Of a stretch of 20,382 bases of DNA, positions 7,537 to 17,497 are shown piece by piece. The first letter of the stretch is position 1. The number at the start of each line of letters is the position of its first letter. A program made the translations under genes and the position numbers. The notes beneath the pieces are model-generated. The model did not search any database and was not told where the DNA came from. It saw only the letters and a program-made list of their open reading frames with translations. This DNA is from Bdellovibrionota bacterium FG-2 (lineage in GTDB: Bacteria > Bdellovibrionota > UBA1018), in contig JBBCAV010000428.1 in the NCBI GenBank assembly GCA_051382305.1, positions 1-20,382 on the forward strand. The letters run 5' to 3'.

Positions 7537-8769
7537 CTATTGATTCACAACACAACGGGTAAATATATTACCTTCCCAAAACTGATCACTCAGCGTGAAA
7601 AAGATGCCGTTGTCGTTAGAATATTTGGCTTTGCTAAAAACATCGACGTAACTGTCTTTTTCTTGGGTCCAAAAGCGCTGCTTTATATGAGGCAACATGG
7701 CTTCGATCTCGGCCGTGGAGTATGGATTATAGCCCGTGCCTCCATCGGCCATTTCCCAGCTGCGCCTAAATCTCCACAACTGTTTCACGTCTTCCCTCGT
7801 GGGTAAACGCCCCCCCTGCTTCTCGCACGCTTGAGCCGCATGGGCCTGATCCGTTGCACTCAGTACATCACCCCAAATCATGCCCTCAGGAGTTTTCCAC
7901 GATTCTCCAAACCCCGCACGGGCGACACGCTCGTAAACATTGGCCCCCCAGCTTGAAATCCGACATTTGAAACCAGGCCCCGCAGCCCTGAGTTGCAGTT
8001 CCGAATAGGAGGTACACAGACCCAACTCAGACGTAAATGGCGGAGAGACAGGGTCCGAAGTGTGGTATTGAAAGGTGTACGTGGGCCGCTCCGATAGTTC
8101 TCCGCTATAGATCTCCAAGTTCATCTGCTCAGGCTTCTTTGGGTCAATCTCAAGAACTATAAACTTTGGAAATAGGGCTTGCGTTAAATTCACTTCATTC
8201 AAGGCCCTGCAATTTGCGCCGCTGCAGACCTTGTCATCGGGATACAAACTCACCTTATCTAGAGAACTCATCAACAATGGATCCACGCTTGCGACACTCA
8301 GTCGTCTATTAAACCAGTCGGCCCCATCGATGGGTTTCTTGGGATCTATGAACAAAAGAAACCGATAAGACCCACCACAACCCATACTTTCTTGAACTGC
8401 GGGATAAATGGTTTCGCCGTACACGTAGTTTTTATAGGAGTTAGAAACGTACATCAGGGTCGCTACCGAACCAAACGCTTCGGCTTCAGTGAGCAAATGC
8501 ACTTGATCGACATTTACGCCCTCAAGAAAATCGGAACGATGAGAAACGAAAAGCTTCAATTTCTGCGAGATCACCGGAGTCTCCCCCGAGCCCCCCATCA
8601 GCTCGCCGTCATGAGAAACCTGCCACTCGCGCGCGGCTAGCATCGAACTTAAAACTTTGACGCCCCCTTTTGAGACGTGAGAAAAATGAGGTTTGCCCAT
8701 CCCAAAGGAGGTCACAGAACCGAGATACACGAAAAGGCCCATCATCAACATCCAGTTAGGTTTTTTCAT
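7537..8769 (-). CDS. Secreted hypothetical protein with C-terminal DUF1566/Lcl-like domain
   Basis: Signal peptide-like N-terminus. WKTPEGMIW...AAQACEKQGGRLPT...RFWT...RCV pattern. Confidence 0.7.
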   Translation of the reverse strand: MKKPNWMLMMGLFVYLGSVTSFGMGKPHFSHVSKGGVKVLSSMLAAREWQVSHDGELMGGSGETPVISQKLKLFVSHRSDFLEGVNVDQVHLLTEAEAFGSVATLMYVSNSYKNYVYGETIYPAVQESMGCGGSYRFLLFIDPKKPIDGADWFNRRLSVASVDPLLMSSLDKVSLYPDDKVCSGANCRALNEVNLTQALFPKFIVLEIDPKKPEQMNLEIYSGELSERPTYTFQYHTSDPVSPPFTSELGLCTSYSELQLRAAGPGFKCRISSWGANVYERVARAGFGESWKTPEGMIWGDVLSATDQAHAAQACEKQGGRLPTREDVKQLWRFRRSWEMADGGTGYNPYSTAEIEAMLPHIKQRFWTQEKDSYVDVFSKAKYSNDNGIFFTLSDQFWEGNIFTRCVVNQ

Positions 8770-9332
8770 AGTGACTCCAGTTCTGATTTCTGGCAGGCTT
8801 CGCGTGACTCAAATCGCTCATAATAGTCATTCTTGATCAAGATTGATTTATCATTTGATTTTAGCAAAAGGTGATTGATGTGATAGCGCCTCCATTGCGA
8901 GGCTTGATCTATAAAGAGCCATCCTAGAAAATTGAATCTGCAATGCGATATTCTTCTTAAACCTTCAAATTTAAGGTTTTTATCTTTTTGCAATACGACT
9001 TTTCTTAAGCCCTCATCCGCTTCGGAACATACCTGAGCACCGTATTCACTCGGTAATGCGCCCAACAATACTGAGTTTTTATGGTTCTTGTTTTGGTAAT
9101 AAATCTCATCTCCGATTAGCATGATCTGCTCGCCATGCGTGCTCCCGTCGTTGTTGTCCAGCCGAAATTCGGTTAGCCCGGCTCCTATCGTTAAGCTTGG
9201 CTGCGCGATGATGTCTCCGCCGTGACAATAAACGCTAGCCACAATATCTTCCTTCGGCGTATCCGCATAAACGGACGACACAGTCGAAATCGCAACCAAG
9301 CCAAGCATCTGAATAATTCCACTCTTTTGCAT
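8766..9332 (-). CDS. Secreted hypothetical protein (188 aa, 4 Cys)
   Basis: Signal peptide ending VYA, GAGG RBS, ATGA overlap with the next gene. Confidence 0.75.
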   Translation of the reverse strand: MQKSGIIQMLGLVAISTVSSVYADTPKEDIVASVYCHGGDIIAQPSLTIGAGLTEFRLDNNDGSTHGEQIMLIGDEIYYQNKNHKNSVLLGALPSEYGAQVCSEADEGLRKVVLQKDKNLKFEGLRRISHCRFNFLGWLFIDQASQWRRYHINHLLLKSNDKSILIKNDYYERFESREACQKSELESL

Positions 9333-9348
9333 AAACCCTCAGTTCCGC

Positions 9349-10374
9349 CTATTTCATCCGGTTATAGTTGGCGTTCCCATGACAGGCATGAGCGCAGGTC
9401 CCACCCGTCGGTGTCACCGATAATTCGAATTTCCTATGTTTTCTAGGCGAATCATCGGAGGCAATGTTGTGTGGATTTGACCCACCATGCACATCATGAC
9501 ATTCGGCGCAGTCTTTTCCCTTTTTTACAACATGGAGATGGTGCAAGTTCGTCCCTACAATTTTGCCATTCGGAATCGCATCCCCCTTTGCATCGCTGCG
9601 GAAGCGGGTTTCATTCTTCGTGACAAACTCCGTTGAGACCGCCGCCCCATGGCACTGAAGACAAATCTTAACGAGATTGTCGTCCCAATAAGTTTTTTTA
9701 CCCGCATTTGATTCATTTTGTGACTCGTCTTTGAGTAACGGCAAAAACCGACTTGCATGGGGCGTGTGACAAGCAACGCATTTACCCTCTTTGACCGGTT
9801 TGTGAGACAGCGGCAAATCGCCAATGACCTTGGCCATATTCGGAGCTTGCCCCATCTCCTTATCGTGACAGGAGAGGCAATTGCCCCCTTGAGCAGTCAA
9901 GAGTGTCGGAGTCGAACTTGAGTGAGGCACATGACAGTTCAAACAGCTGCGCCCCAGTTCCAAAGCGCCGTGCTTGGTCGTCCCAGCAGGAATTAGATTT
10001 GAATGGCAAGACACACACAATTTACCCGGCTCAGCTCTAAGGAAACTTCTTCGAGTGCTTGCATGCGGGTTGTGACAAAAGATACAGGATTCCTTCTTCT
10101 GAATAGCGCCGTGAACGACGGGACTACTATCCTTCGGACTGTGGCAATTGAAACAGGTGTCATTGGAGCGATCGGTAGTGACGTCTTCTCTCCTTTGACG
10201 GGTTCGATGTTCTTGCTTAACAGCGTGACAAATTTCACATTTATTATCCCCTGATGGATAATGAACATATTCGCTCTCTGCGAGATTAGAATGACAGGGC
10301 ATACAGTCAGCCGCAAAGGCATTTACTGAAGCAAAAACAATGAGGCTGATAACTGTAAACATAAAGTGACTCAT
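9349..10374 (-). CDS. Periplasmic multiheme cytochrome c (10 CxxCH + 1 CxxxCH)
   Basis: CMPCH, CEICH, CFNCH, CIFCH, CVSCH, CLNCH, CLSCH, CVACH, CLQCH, CAECH and terminal CAHACH. Repeated CH-x-PH paired-heme pattern. Signal peptide ending AFA. GAGGA RBS before ATG 10374. Confidence 0.92.
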   Translation of the reverse strand: MSHFMFTVISLIVFASVNAFAADCMPCHSNLAESEYVHYPSGDNKCEICHAVKQEHRTRQRREDVTTDRSNDTCFNCHSPKDSSPVVHGAIQKKESCIFCHNPHASTRRSFLRAEPGKLCVSCHSNLIPAGTTKHGALELGRSCLNCHVPHSSSTPTLLTAQGGNCLSCHDKEMGQAPNMAKVIGDLPLSHKPVKEGKCVACHTPHASRFLPLLKDESQNESNAGKKTYWDDNLVKICLQCHGAAVSTEFVTKNETRFRSDAKGDAIPNGKIVGTNLHHLHVVKKGKDCAECHDVHGGSNPHNIASDDSPRKHRKFELSVTPTGGTCAHACHGNANYNRMK

Positions 10375-10551
10375 CAAATCGTTCCTCAATCGAATCAGTC
10401 ATAACACAGCGCGTCACGTTAGTACACTCATTATTCTCCTGCCACTGCCGCATCGACACATTCCTAAAAAGAATTATTCACATTCCAACGATCAATTTGC
10501 GCATTGCGGCACAATAAGCTAAATACCCCCACAACAAAGGGGATAAAGTAT

Positions 10552-11088
10552 ATGTTTACATTCAAAAAGAGTCTTTCGATTGCGGTACTTTCACTGTTTC
10601 TCGCGACTTCCATAACCGCACCAAAAGAATCCCATGCGCTCATAGGAATCGGCGTCACAAGCGCTTTTGGGGTTATTGGAGCACCCATCTTAATTGGGGG
10701 GATAGCACTTACCGCAGTCGGCGCAACAAAAGTAGTTACTGGCCTCACAAGCAATACCGGAGAGGGACTACTGACCGCCATGGCATTCTCAGTCATTACT
10801 GGAGTTGGCCTTCTGATCTTGGACCAAGACGGGGCACAAACCGCTCGATTCGCAGTCATGACTCAGGAGCAGGCGCTCTCACTTCAAGTCTCTAATGCTT
10901 CACTCAAAATCTACAATCAAAATCTCGACGAGCTCAATGCGATTGCAGCAACTATTGCCACCAAACTAGCCGCGATGAAACAACCGACGATTCAGGATTC
11001 TGCGCGTCTTTGGGACGCGTATAAATCCGAATTGAGCCCCGAAACTTTTGAAGTCGCAGGAATAATTAGCGGCGCCGCACTACAGTAG
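10552..11088 (+). CDS. Hypothetical exported/membrane protein (178 aa)
   Basis: AAGGGGA RBS, signal peptide (…PKESHA), glycine-rich hydrophobic segments. Confidence 0.75.
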   Translation: MFTFKKSLSIAVLSLFLATSITAPKESHALIGIGVTSAFGVIGAPILIGGIALTAVGATKVVTGLTSNTGEGLLTAMAFSVITGVGLLILDQDGAQTARFAVMTQEQALSLQVSNASLKIYNQNLDELNAIAATIATKLAAMKQPTIQDSARLWDAYKSELSPETFEVAGIISGAALQ

Positions 11089-11102
11089 GCTTAAGCGAGA
11101 CT

Positions 11103-11252
11103 TCATTTCGAAAAACGTTTCACAATCTGCCTCATTCCCTCAACATCATCGGGAGTGAGGTAGAAGTAATCTGAATCCTGCATCACACTTGAGGGCTGAT
11201 TCTCGGATCTGAATTTGGGGTCACATTCTCTTTCATACATTTTCTCATAAGT
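11103..11252 (-). pseudogene. C-terminal remnant of a metzincin-type zinc metalloprotease, cut by IS21
   Basis: A 49-codon open frame runs from the IS edge to TGA: TYEKMYERECDPKFRSENQPSSVMQDSDYFYLTPDDVEGMRQIVKRFSK. It contains a Met-turn-like SVM and an LxxDDxxG motif. The HExxH motif is missing. Confidence 0.55.
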
Positions 11253-11395
11253 TGTTCCGTCCCACCTAATCGGCCCCCTTTTTAGGGGTTATATTCCCAG
11301 GTATTCAGCCCCCACCCCGGCAGCGTGTTTTGAGGGCTCTATTCCCACATAAACAGCCCCCTCCGGAAGGGGTTCATTCCCAGGTATCCAGGCCC
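11253..11395 (+). repeat. Four ~20-bp sub-terminal transposase-binding repeats at the IS21 left end
   Basis: TCCCA(C/G)nTAnnC..GCCC units at about 11260, 11295, 11343 and 11378. Two inverted copies lie at the right end (13921-13940, 13945-13964). Confidence 0.8.
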
Positions 11396-11446
11396 TCGGT
11401 CGGCCGCTTATTCTGATCCCAAACTTAACCAAGAGAGGGGTCATGC

Positions 11447-13126
11447 ATGAAGCAGGCAAACGGGAGGCATCGAATGGATCGCAATATTTTGGATCGGCTG
11501 GCAGCGGGGCGTGGAGTCAAATCGATATGCAAGGAACTTAAGGTCGGCAAGGACCGCGTTCGTGAAATCAGGAAGAAAGGCATCGGGGCACACTACCTCG
11601 CAACCGATGGCAGTTCGGCAGGCACGGAGCCAGTTCCAGTCATGCCGCTTGCGGTATTCCCGGATATAATTGACCGGCGTCACCACAAGAGCAGTGATGT
11701 CGACCAAGCCCTTCTTTCACATCTGGAGTGGCTCAAGGAACGGATGATTTCAGGATGGAGTCCAATCACCGTCTTCGAAGAACTCCCATGTCCCGGCATC
11801 ACTCGATCAAGTTTTTATCGCTTTTTAGTTAGGCATGAACTGCACAAGCTTCTTAAGCAGAAGAATCTCGATGATTTAAGTGGCCCCATAGTGCACCTGC
11901 CGGGCGAGGCATTGATTTTAGATTGGGGTAAACTCCGTGACGTCATAGACCCAAAAACAGGTGAGAAGCGCACTTTGTGGGCCTTTGTCGGCGTGATGGG
12001 CTTCTCTCGTTATCTCATGATTCGACTTGTTTGGACCAATAGCGTGCCCGTCACTTGCGATGCCATCGAGATCATGTTGCGAGAGCTGGGGGGCACCCCA
12101 AGTCGAGTGACAAGCGACAATCCAAAATGTTTTTCACTGAAGGCAGATATGTACGACCCCCTTCTTAACCCGGCATTTGAGAGGTTTGCGGTACATTACA
12201 ACAATTTTAGAATTGAATGCCTGCCTCCGGGGGAGCCGAAGAAAAAAGGAAAAGTGGAGCGGATGATGCCATTTGCTCGAAGGTTATTTGAAGCCTATCC
12301 AAAGACTTTTGTCTCCATCGAACACGCTCAAGCCTACATGGATCGTAAATGCGCCATAGCTAATGAGCGCCGTCACGGGACGACGTGTCTCAAGCCTATT
12401 GAATTTTTCCTAAGTCAGGAAGTCCAGACGCTGAAGCAGCTCCCTGTTTTAGCCTATGAACGTGAGGAAATTGCTTATCCCATAATTCGCCAGGATAGGT
12501 TTGTCAGATTTGCGAACAAATATTACGCCGTCGCGGACGAATTCAAGGGGAAGGACGCGGTGGTTCTAGGCACCTCTTCGCGCGTTTCAATTTTTGCGCA
12601 AGGACGCCTTCTCGAAACCTATGATCGAATCACCTCTCAATATCAAATACACGCTATTCACGATCACCTTAAAAAACCGTGGCAAAAGATCGAGGAAAGC
12701 AATGCTCACTTTATTCGTAGAGCTGAGGCAATTGGGCCCGCTTGCGGTCGCATGATTCGTGAAGTCCTGATGAAGGGGGATGGTTTTGTCGATACGCGCA
12801 TTGTTTGGGGCGTGTTGGCGCTGGATAAAAAATACTCAGCCGCGGCCGTTGATGCCGCTTGCGATGCCGCCCTGGAGATTGGCAAGCTTTCCTCTCGTTT
12901 TGTAGAGCGACTTATTCGCCTCACGGCATACCCCAAAAACTCTTCGCCCACGCCAGTTACTCCGGTCGCCACGGCGGATACATCAAAAACTGAATCACAA
13001 AAAACAACAGAAACATTTAAGTTCGCCCGCCCTATGAGCGTTTATCAAGAACGTATTGAAGAGCAGGCAAAACCCGGCCTACGTTCGCTACCCCCTACAG
13101 GGCAGCAAGCGCAGGCCATTACGTAA
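11447..13126 (+). CDS. istA: IS21 transposase IstA
   Basis: N-terminal HTH; DDE motifs ILDWG, TSDNPK, KGKVER. Confidence 0.92.
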   Translation: MKQANGRHRMDRNILDRLAAGRGVKSICKELKVGKDRVREIRKKGIGAHYLATDGSSAGTEPVPVMPLAVFPDIIDRRHHKSSDVDQALLSHLEWLKERMISGWSPITVFEELPCPGITRSSFYRFLVRHELHKLLKQKNLDDLSGPIVHLPGEALILDWGKLRDVIDPKTGEKRTLWAFVGVMGFSRYLMIRLVWTNSVPVTCDAIEIMLRELGGTPSRVTSDNPKCFSLKADMYDPLLNPAFERFAVHYNNFRIECLPPGEPKKKGKVERMMPFARRLFEAYPKTFVSIEHAQAYMDRKCAIANERRHGTTCLKPIEFFLSQEVQTLKQLPVLAYEREEIAYPIIRQDRFVRFANKYYAVADEFKGKDAVVLGTSSRVSIFAQGRLLETYDRITSQYQIHAIHDHLKKPWQKIEESNAHFIRRAEAIGPACGRMIREVLMKGDGFVDTRIVWGVLALDKKYSAAAVDAACDAALEIGKLSSRFVERLIRLTAYPKNSSPTPVTPVATADTSKTESQKTTETFKFARPMSVYQERIEEQAKPGLRSLPPTGQQAQAIT

Positions 13127-13143
13127 GAAGAGAGGAAAAATTG

Positions 13144-13905
13144 ATGGAACTCGAAACGATTCGAATGCAGCGTTCTCAGCTCCGGCTTCCCACCGCAGCC
13201 AGAGAACTTGAAGAGGTCTTGTCTAAACAAAAAAAAGCGGTCTCGCTGGCATGGGTCTCTGCGCTCTTGGAAAGAGAGATCGATGCCCGACGCGAGTCCA
13301 GTCTAAAATCGAAGCTTAAGGCGGCAAAGTTCCCAGTACTCAAAACCTGGGAGACGTTCGATTTTGACTTTAACCCGCATCTTGATCTCGATGGCCTCTC
13401 AGAACTGAAGACATTGGCATTCGTCAGGCAGAATCAGATTATTCAGTTTCTAGGGCCCCCAGGAACGGGCAAATCCCATTTGGCGACTGCGCTGGGCATC
13501 CTCGCCACGAACCAAGGACATCGAGTCTATTGGACCTCTGCGAAGAAGCTCCAAAAGCAAATCATTGAAGCTAGACTCAGAAACAACTTGGATGATTTGT
13601 TCCGCAAGATCCTGGCCGCCAAACTGTGGATCTATGATGATTTTGGGGTGGTCACTTACAGCCGAGAGGTCGCCGAGGAGGTCTTCGATCTTCTGGATCG
13701 ACGCAAGCACTCCTCCGCTCTCATCTTGACCTCAAACCGCGCAGTCATTGAATGGCCTTCCGTCTTCCCAGATCTTGTCCTCGCCAATGCGACAATCGAT
13801 CGCATGTTCGAACAATCAAGATCGTTCATATTCAATGGTCATAGTTATCGGCTGAAAGGCAAAATTCACACACCGGAGGTTGACGAGGAAAAATTAAACG
13901 GCTAA
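13144..13905 (+). CDS. istB: IS21 helper ATPase IstB
   Basis: AKFP..KT.E.FDF, Walker A GPPGTGKSHLA, Walker B IYDDFG, TSN, GHSYR. Confidence 0.95.
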   Translation: MELETIRMQRSQLRLPTAARELEEVLSKQKKAVSLAWVSALLEREIDARRESSLKSKLKAAKFPVLKTWETFDFDFNPHLDLDGLSELKTLAFVRQNQIIQFLGPPGTGKSHLATALGILATNQGHRVYWTSAKKLQKQIIEARLRNNLDDLFRKILAAKLWIYDDFGVVTYSREVAEEVFDLLDRRKHSSALILTSNRAVIEWPSVFPDLVLANATIDRMFEQSRSFIFNGHSYRLKGKIHTPEVDEEKLNG

Positions 13906-13971
13906 AGCACGCGCACGACCGGGGCCTGAATATCTGAGACGAAGAGGGGGCCGGTTATGTGGGACGCGACA

Positions 13972-14112
13972 GTTTATCCTCTTGCTTCAAACTTCAGAAT
14001 ATCTCTCAGCACCTGACAGCCACGCCTGCCCCAACAAAGTTGAATTCGAGCCGCTCAGATTTCCCATTGCAGTAATGTCTTCGCTCCTTCAAAAGATGTG
14101 TGTAATAGACAG
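13972..14112. mobile_element. 141-bp remnant of an IS4-family (IS50-like) element ending in its terminal IR
   Basis: 14089-14112 is the exact reverse complement of 20287-20310. The terminal 19 bp match the Tn5 mosaic end at 17/19. Peptidase-like coding starts right after it. Confidence 0.7.
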
Positions 14113-14906
14113 ATCCTGACCAACTAAAAAAATACATACTTGATATTACAAACCTTGAAAAACGCGACATTGCACAGCTCGATGCTAAGAAGGATTCAGG
14201 CAACAAACTGACCATGGATTATGTGTATGACACTTTTGTCTCCCTGGGGCTCACCGCAGAGAGACACTGCTACAAAACTAGCAAACATGACCCGGAATGC
14301 AATATCATCAGGAAAAAACTGGGCGCCGCCGAAAATCCAAAAGCTGTAGTGATAGTGGCCCATCTTGATTCTGTTGGCCATAACAGGGCCGGCGCAGATG
14401 ACAACGCAAGCGGTACGGGCGGACTTCTTGAGCTCGCGCGGATCATGTCCACAGTGCGCACCCAACACACTCTTGTATTTGTAGCCGCAAACGGTGAAGA
14501 GGCTGGGCTCAAGGGTTCTATCGCCTATGTAAAAGCCCTTCAAACCGCTGGAGAGATTTCAAAATTCATATACGGCATCAATATGGATATGATTGCCTAT
14601 AACAACAAGGGCAACACTGTGGATATCGAGACCAACGAGGAATTTCTTCCCTATGTTGAGTGGGTGAGTAAGCAAGCGCGGATCTACACCAAACTTGTTC
14701 CCAATATCACCACTCCCGCCTGGGGCAGCGATCATGCCTCTTTCCTCGACGCCGGGGTTCCCACCTATCTTTCAATTGAAAAATGGAATGCCCACAATCC
14801 CTGCTATCACAAGGCCTGCGATACACCTGATTTGATCGACTGGGACTACGCCACCGAAGTCGTGAAGCTTAATGCCGCGGTTTTGGCAGGGAAAGCCGAA
14901 ATTTAA
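14113..14906 (+). pseudogene. M28-family aminopeptidase, 5'-truncated
   Basis: AHLDS, GADDNASG, GEEAG, NMDMI, SDH and YH motifs are intact. The frame is open back to the IR at 14112, with no signal peptide or native start. ATG 14214 could restart it. Confidence 0.75.
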
Positions 14907-15301
14907 AGCCCTTTGGTTGAACCGTGGCAATATTTCCTGACCGTCGTCAGCAAGCGATCGAATTCGATAGGCTTCTGAATAACGCCGTCAGCCTTGATCG
15001 TGCCAGCCTTGTCTCTAAACGCGGTAACTACAACAACAGGTGTCGACGCGTAGGCGCGCACTTTACCCACCGCTTCGACAAACTGCCAACCATCCATGAC
15101 CGGCATCATGAGATCGAGAAGAATCAAACAAGGCGGCTCAGCACATGTGGCCAGCTTGTCCATGGCTTCTTGTCCGTTTGCAGCTAGCAAAACGTCGTAG
15201 TTTTCGATCTCCAGCATCATTTGAAGCACCTGACGAATCGATTCCTCATCCTCCACGATTAAGACAGTGCGGCATTCTCCATGATTCATCAATTCGCCCA
15301 T
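14903..15301 (-). CDS. Single-domain response regulator (receiver)
   Basis: VLIVEDE, LLDLMMPVMDG, VVTA, QKP. Alternative start at 15289. Confidence 0.92.
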   Translation of the reverse strand: MGELMNHGECRTVLIVEDEESIRQVLQMMLEIENYDVLLAANGQEAMDKLATCAEPPCLILLDLMMPVMDGWQFVEAVGKVRAYASTPVVVVTAFRDKAGTIKADGVIQKPIEFDRLLTTVRKYCHGSTKGL

Positions 15302-15373
15302 TTCCTAACTTATAATGCAAAAAGCATGTTAGAAACCGGCACGTGCATTGCTAGCTCCCAAGGCGAGGCGACG

Positions 15374-17497
15374 ATGCGGCGACCACGATTCTTTCATATT
15401 AGACGAGCAATATGCACTCTGTTGGCAGTTCTAGCGCTTACCGGGTACGGCGCGGGCGCTCAAGACGCAGGGGACGACCTTAAGAATCTCTCTGAAATGC
15501 CACTTGAAGAGTTGATAAAACTCCAGGTCATCACGGTCGCAACCGGATCTCATAAATCCATTCCTGAAGCTCCCGCCATCGCCAGTGTCATCACCGCGCA
15601 AGACATCGAAGCCATGGGAGCGACGACCGTCGAAGAAGCCTTAGAAATGGTGCCTGGGCTCCATGTTTCAAATTCGGGGGAACTCTACTCCCCCAAATAT
15701 TTGATCCGGGGAATTTCAACTCGATACAATCCCGAGACCTTGGTTTTGATCAATGGCATTCCTATTACCAGTATTTTCCGTGGAGACCGAGCGAACCGCT
15801 TGGGCACTCTTCCGGTAAAAATGGTTTCGAGAATCGAAGTGATCCGCGGCCCGGGTTCGGCGCTCTATGGGGCAGATGCTCTTTCGGGGGTCATCAATGT
15901 CGTAACCAAAACCGCTTCCGATAGCCCCGAAAACCAGAAAACCGAAATGGGGGGAAACATCGGGAGTTTCAATACTCATGAGGCTTGGCTCATGCACAGC
16001 GAGAAGTATGGAGAGCTCAAGGGCATCATCATGGCGGATTATCGTAATACCAATGGCCAAAATCGCGAGATCACCCAGGACGCTCAGACCCAGTTGGACA
16101 ATCTCACGGGCACCCGTGCATCGCTAGCGCCTGGGCCCGTGAATCTCTCGGCAAAAGAGTTAGCGCTATTCTTGGATCTGGAAAAAACGAAATGGCGACT
16201 TCGGGGCTCTTATCACGGACTTTCCAATGCGGGCACGGGACAGGGCGTTTCCTCAGCGTTGGATCCCAATGGCAGAGCGAGCTTTGCTCGAAGCACCGTG
16301 GATCTCACCTATCACGAACCAAAACTCAATGAGAATTGGGACTTCACTTCCCAGCTGGCCTACTATCACGGCTCTCAGGAAGTGGATAAGAATCTAATCC
16401 TTTTTCCGCCGGGCTCAAATCTGGGGAGCGGCGTTTTCCCCGAAGGAGCCATCGGCAATCCTGAATTTTGGGAGCGGCATATCCTGTTCGATAATTCAGC
16501 CATTTATAAAGGGTTTGAAGATCATCGAATTCGCCTTGGGACGGGTTACCAGTTTCTTCACCTCTATCGGGTGAAGGGCTCCACAAACTTTTTTCCCTCA
16601 ACCTTCTCGCCCCGGCCTGGGCTCACGGATGTTGCGGATACGTCAGAGATTTACATTCCGGAAAATTCAAGAAACAGTTTCTACGGTTACGCGCAGAATG
16701 AATGGAAGTTATCCCGCGATTGGGAGCTCACGGCGGGCTTGCGCTACGACCACTATTCGGATTTCGGAAGCACGCTTAATCCCAGAGCGGCCTTGGTCTG
16801 GAAAACAACGCCTGCCTTGACCACGAAGTTTCTTTATGGCCGCGCTTTCCGTGCTCCTGGTTTTATCGAACTCTACATCATCAATAACCCGGTGTCTCTG
16901 GGTAATCCAAACCTCAAACCTGAGACCAACAATGTTTACGAACTTGCCTGGGCATATCAGCTCACGCCCAACTGGCATGCGAGCCTCAATCTCTTTCACT
17001 ACAAGGCGCGGGATATGATTACATTCTTGAAAGATCCGAGTGGAACCGCAACTGCGCAAAACGACGGAAGCCAAATCGGCAATGGCTTTGAATTCGAAAC
17101 CAAAATCAAAGCGACGCCAAATCTCCATCTCACCGGAAACTATTCTTTCCTGAAAGCAACCAACGAAGCTGCGGATGAACCTGCGGGCAACTATCCCAAG
17201 CACCAAGCGTACCTCCGCGACGATTGGACGTTTATGCCGAATTGGACGTGGGGAAATCAATTCAATTGGGTGGGGCCCCAGAACCGGGAACCCGGCGACT
17301 CCCGCGAGCCCTTGAAAAGCTACGCAACCGTCGATGTGATTCTCCGTCGCAAAGCGCTTTTTGATAAACTCAACCTCGCCACTGCTGTACGCAATCTCTT
17401 TGATTCCGACGTCCGTGAACCCAGCGCCGCGATCCCGAACGATTTGCCGCAAGCCGGGCGCAGTATTTATGTGGAGTTTTCTTATCATCTCTTCTAA
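15374..17497 (+). CDS. TonB-dependent outer-membrane receptor
   Basis: Signal peptide, plug motif RIEVIRGPGSALYGADALSGVINVVTK, beta-barrel pattern, C-terminal Phe. GAGG RBS before ATG 15374. Confidence 0.93.
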   Translation: MRRPRFFHIRRAICTLLAVLALTGYGAGAQDAGDDLKNLSEMPLEELIKLQVITVATGSHKSIPEAPAIASVITAQDIEAMGATTVEEALEMVPGLHVSNSGELYSPKYLIRGISTRYNPETLVLINGIPITSIFRGDRANRLGTLPVKMVSRIEVIRGPGSALYGADALSGVINVVTKTASDSPENQKTEMGGNIGSFNTHEAWLMHSEKYGELKGIIMADYRNTNGQNREITQDAQTQLDNLTGTRASLAPGPVNLSAKELALFLDLEKTKWRLRGSYHGLSNAGTGQGVSSALDPNGRASFARSTVDLTYHEPKLNENWDFTSQLAYYHGSQEVDKNLILFPPGSNLGSGVFPEGAIGNPEFWERHILFDNSAIYKGFEDHRIRLGTGYQFLHLYRVKGSTNFFPSTFSPRPGLTDVADTSEIYIPENSRNSFYGYAQNEWKLSRDWELTAGLRYDHYSDFGSTLNPRAALVWKTTPALTTKFLYGRAFRAPGFIELYIINNPVSLGNPNLKPETNNVYELAWAYQLTPNWHASLNLFHYKARDMITFLKDPSGTATAQNDGSQIGNGFEFETKIKATPNLHLTGNYSFLKATNEAADEPAGNYPKHQAYLRDDWTFMPNWTWGNQFNWVGPQNREPGDSREPLKSYATVDVILRRKALFDKLNLATAVRNLFDSDVREPSAAIPNDLPQAGRSIYVEFSYHLF

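Larger units (their letters stand above)
11253..13971 (+). mobile_element. IS21-family insertion sequence, 2719 bp
   Basis: TG...CA termini. IRL 11253-11279 and IRR 13945-13971 match at 23/27. Carries istA and istB. Confidence 0.93.

Noticed and set aside
11126-11164. 14-bp hairpin (with G-U pairs) as terminator of 10552-11088
   Set aside because: It has an 11-nt loop and no U-tract, and lies within the protease coding remnant. It may be functional but is unsupported.
11253-11395. CRISPR-like array
   Set aside because: The repeats are degenerate, unevenly spaced, inside IS21 and mirrored at its right end. No cas genes are present.
14094-14112. Nextera adapter contamination
   Set aside because: Both copies share the same two mismatches to the mosaic end plus 5 extra shared bases (TCAAA), and neither has the Nextera tail sequences.
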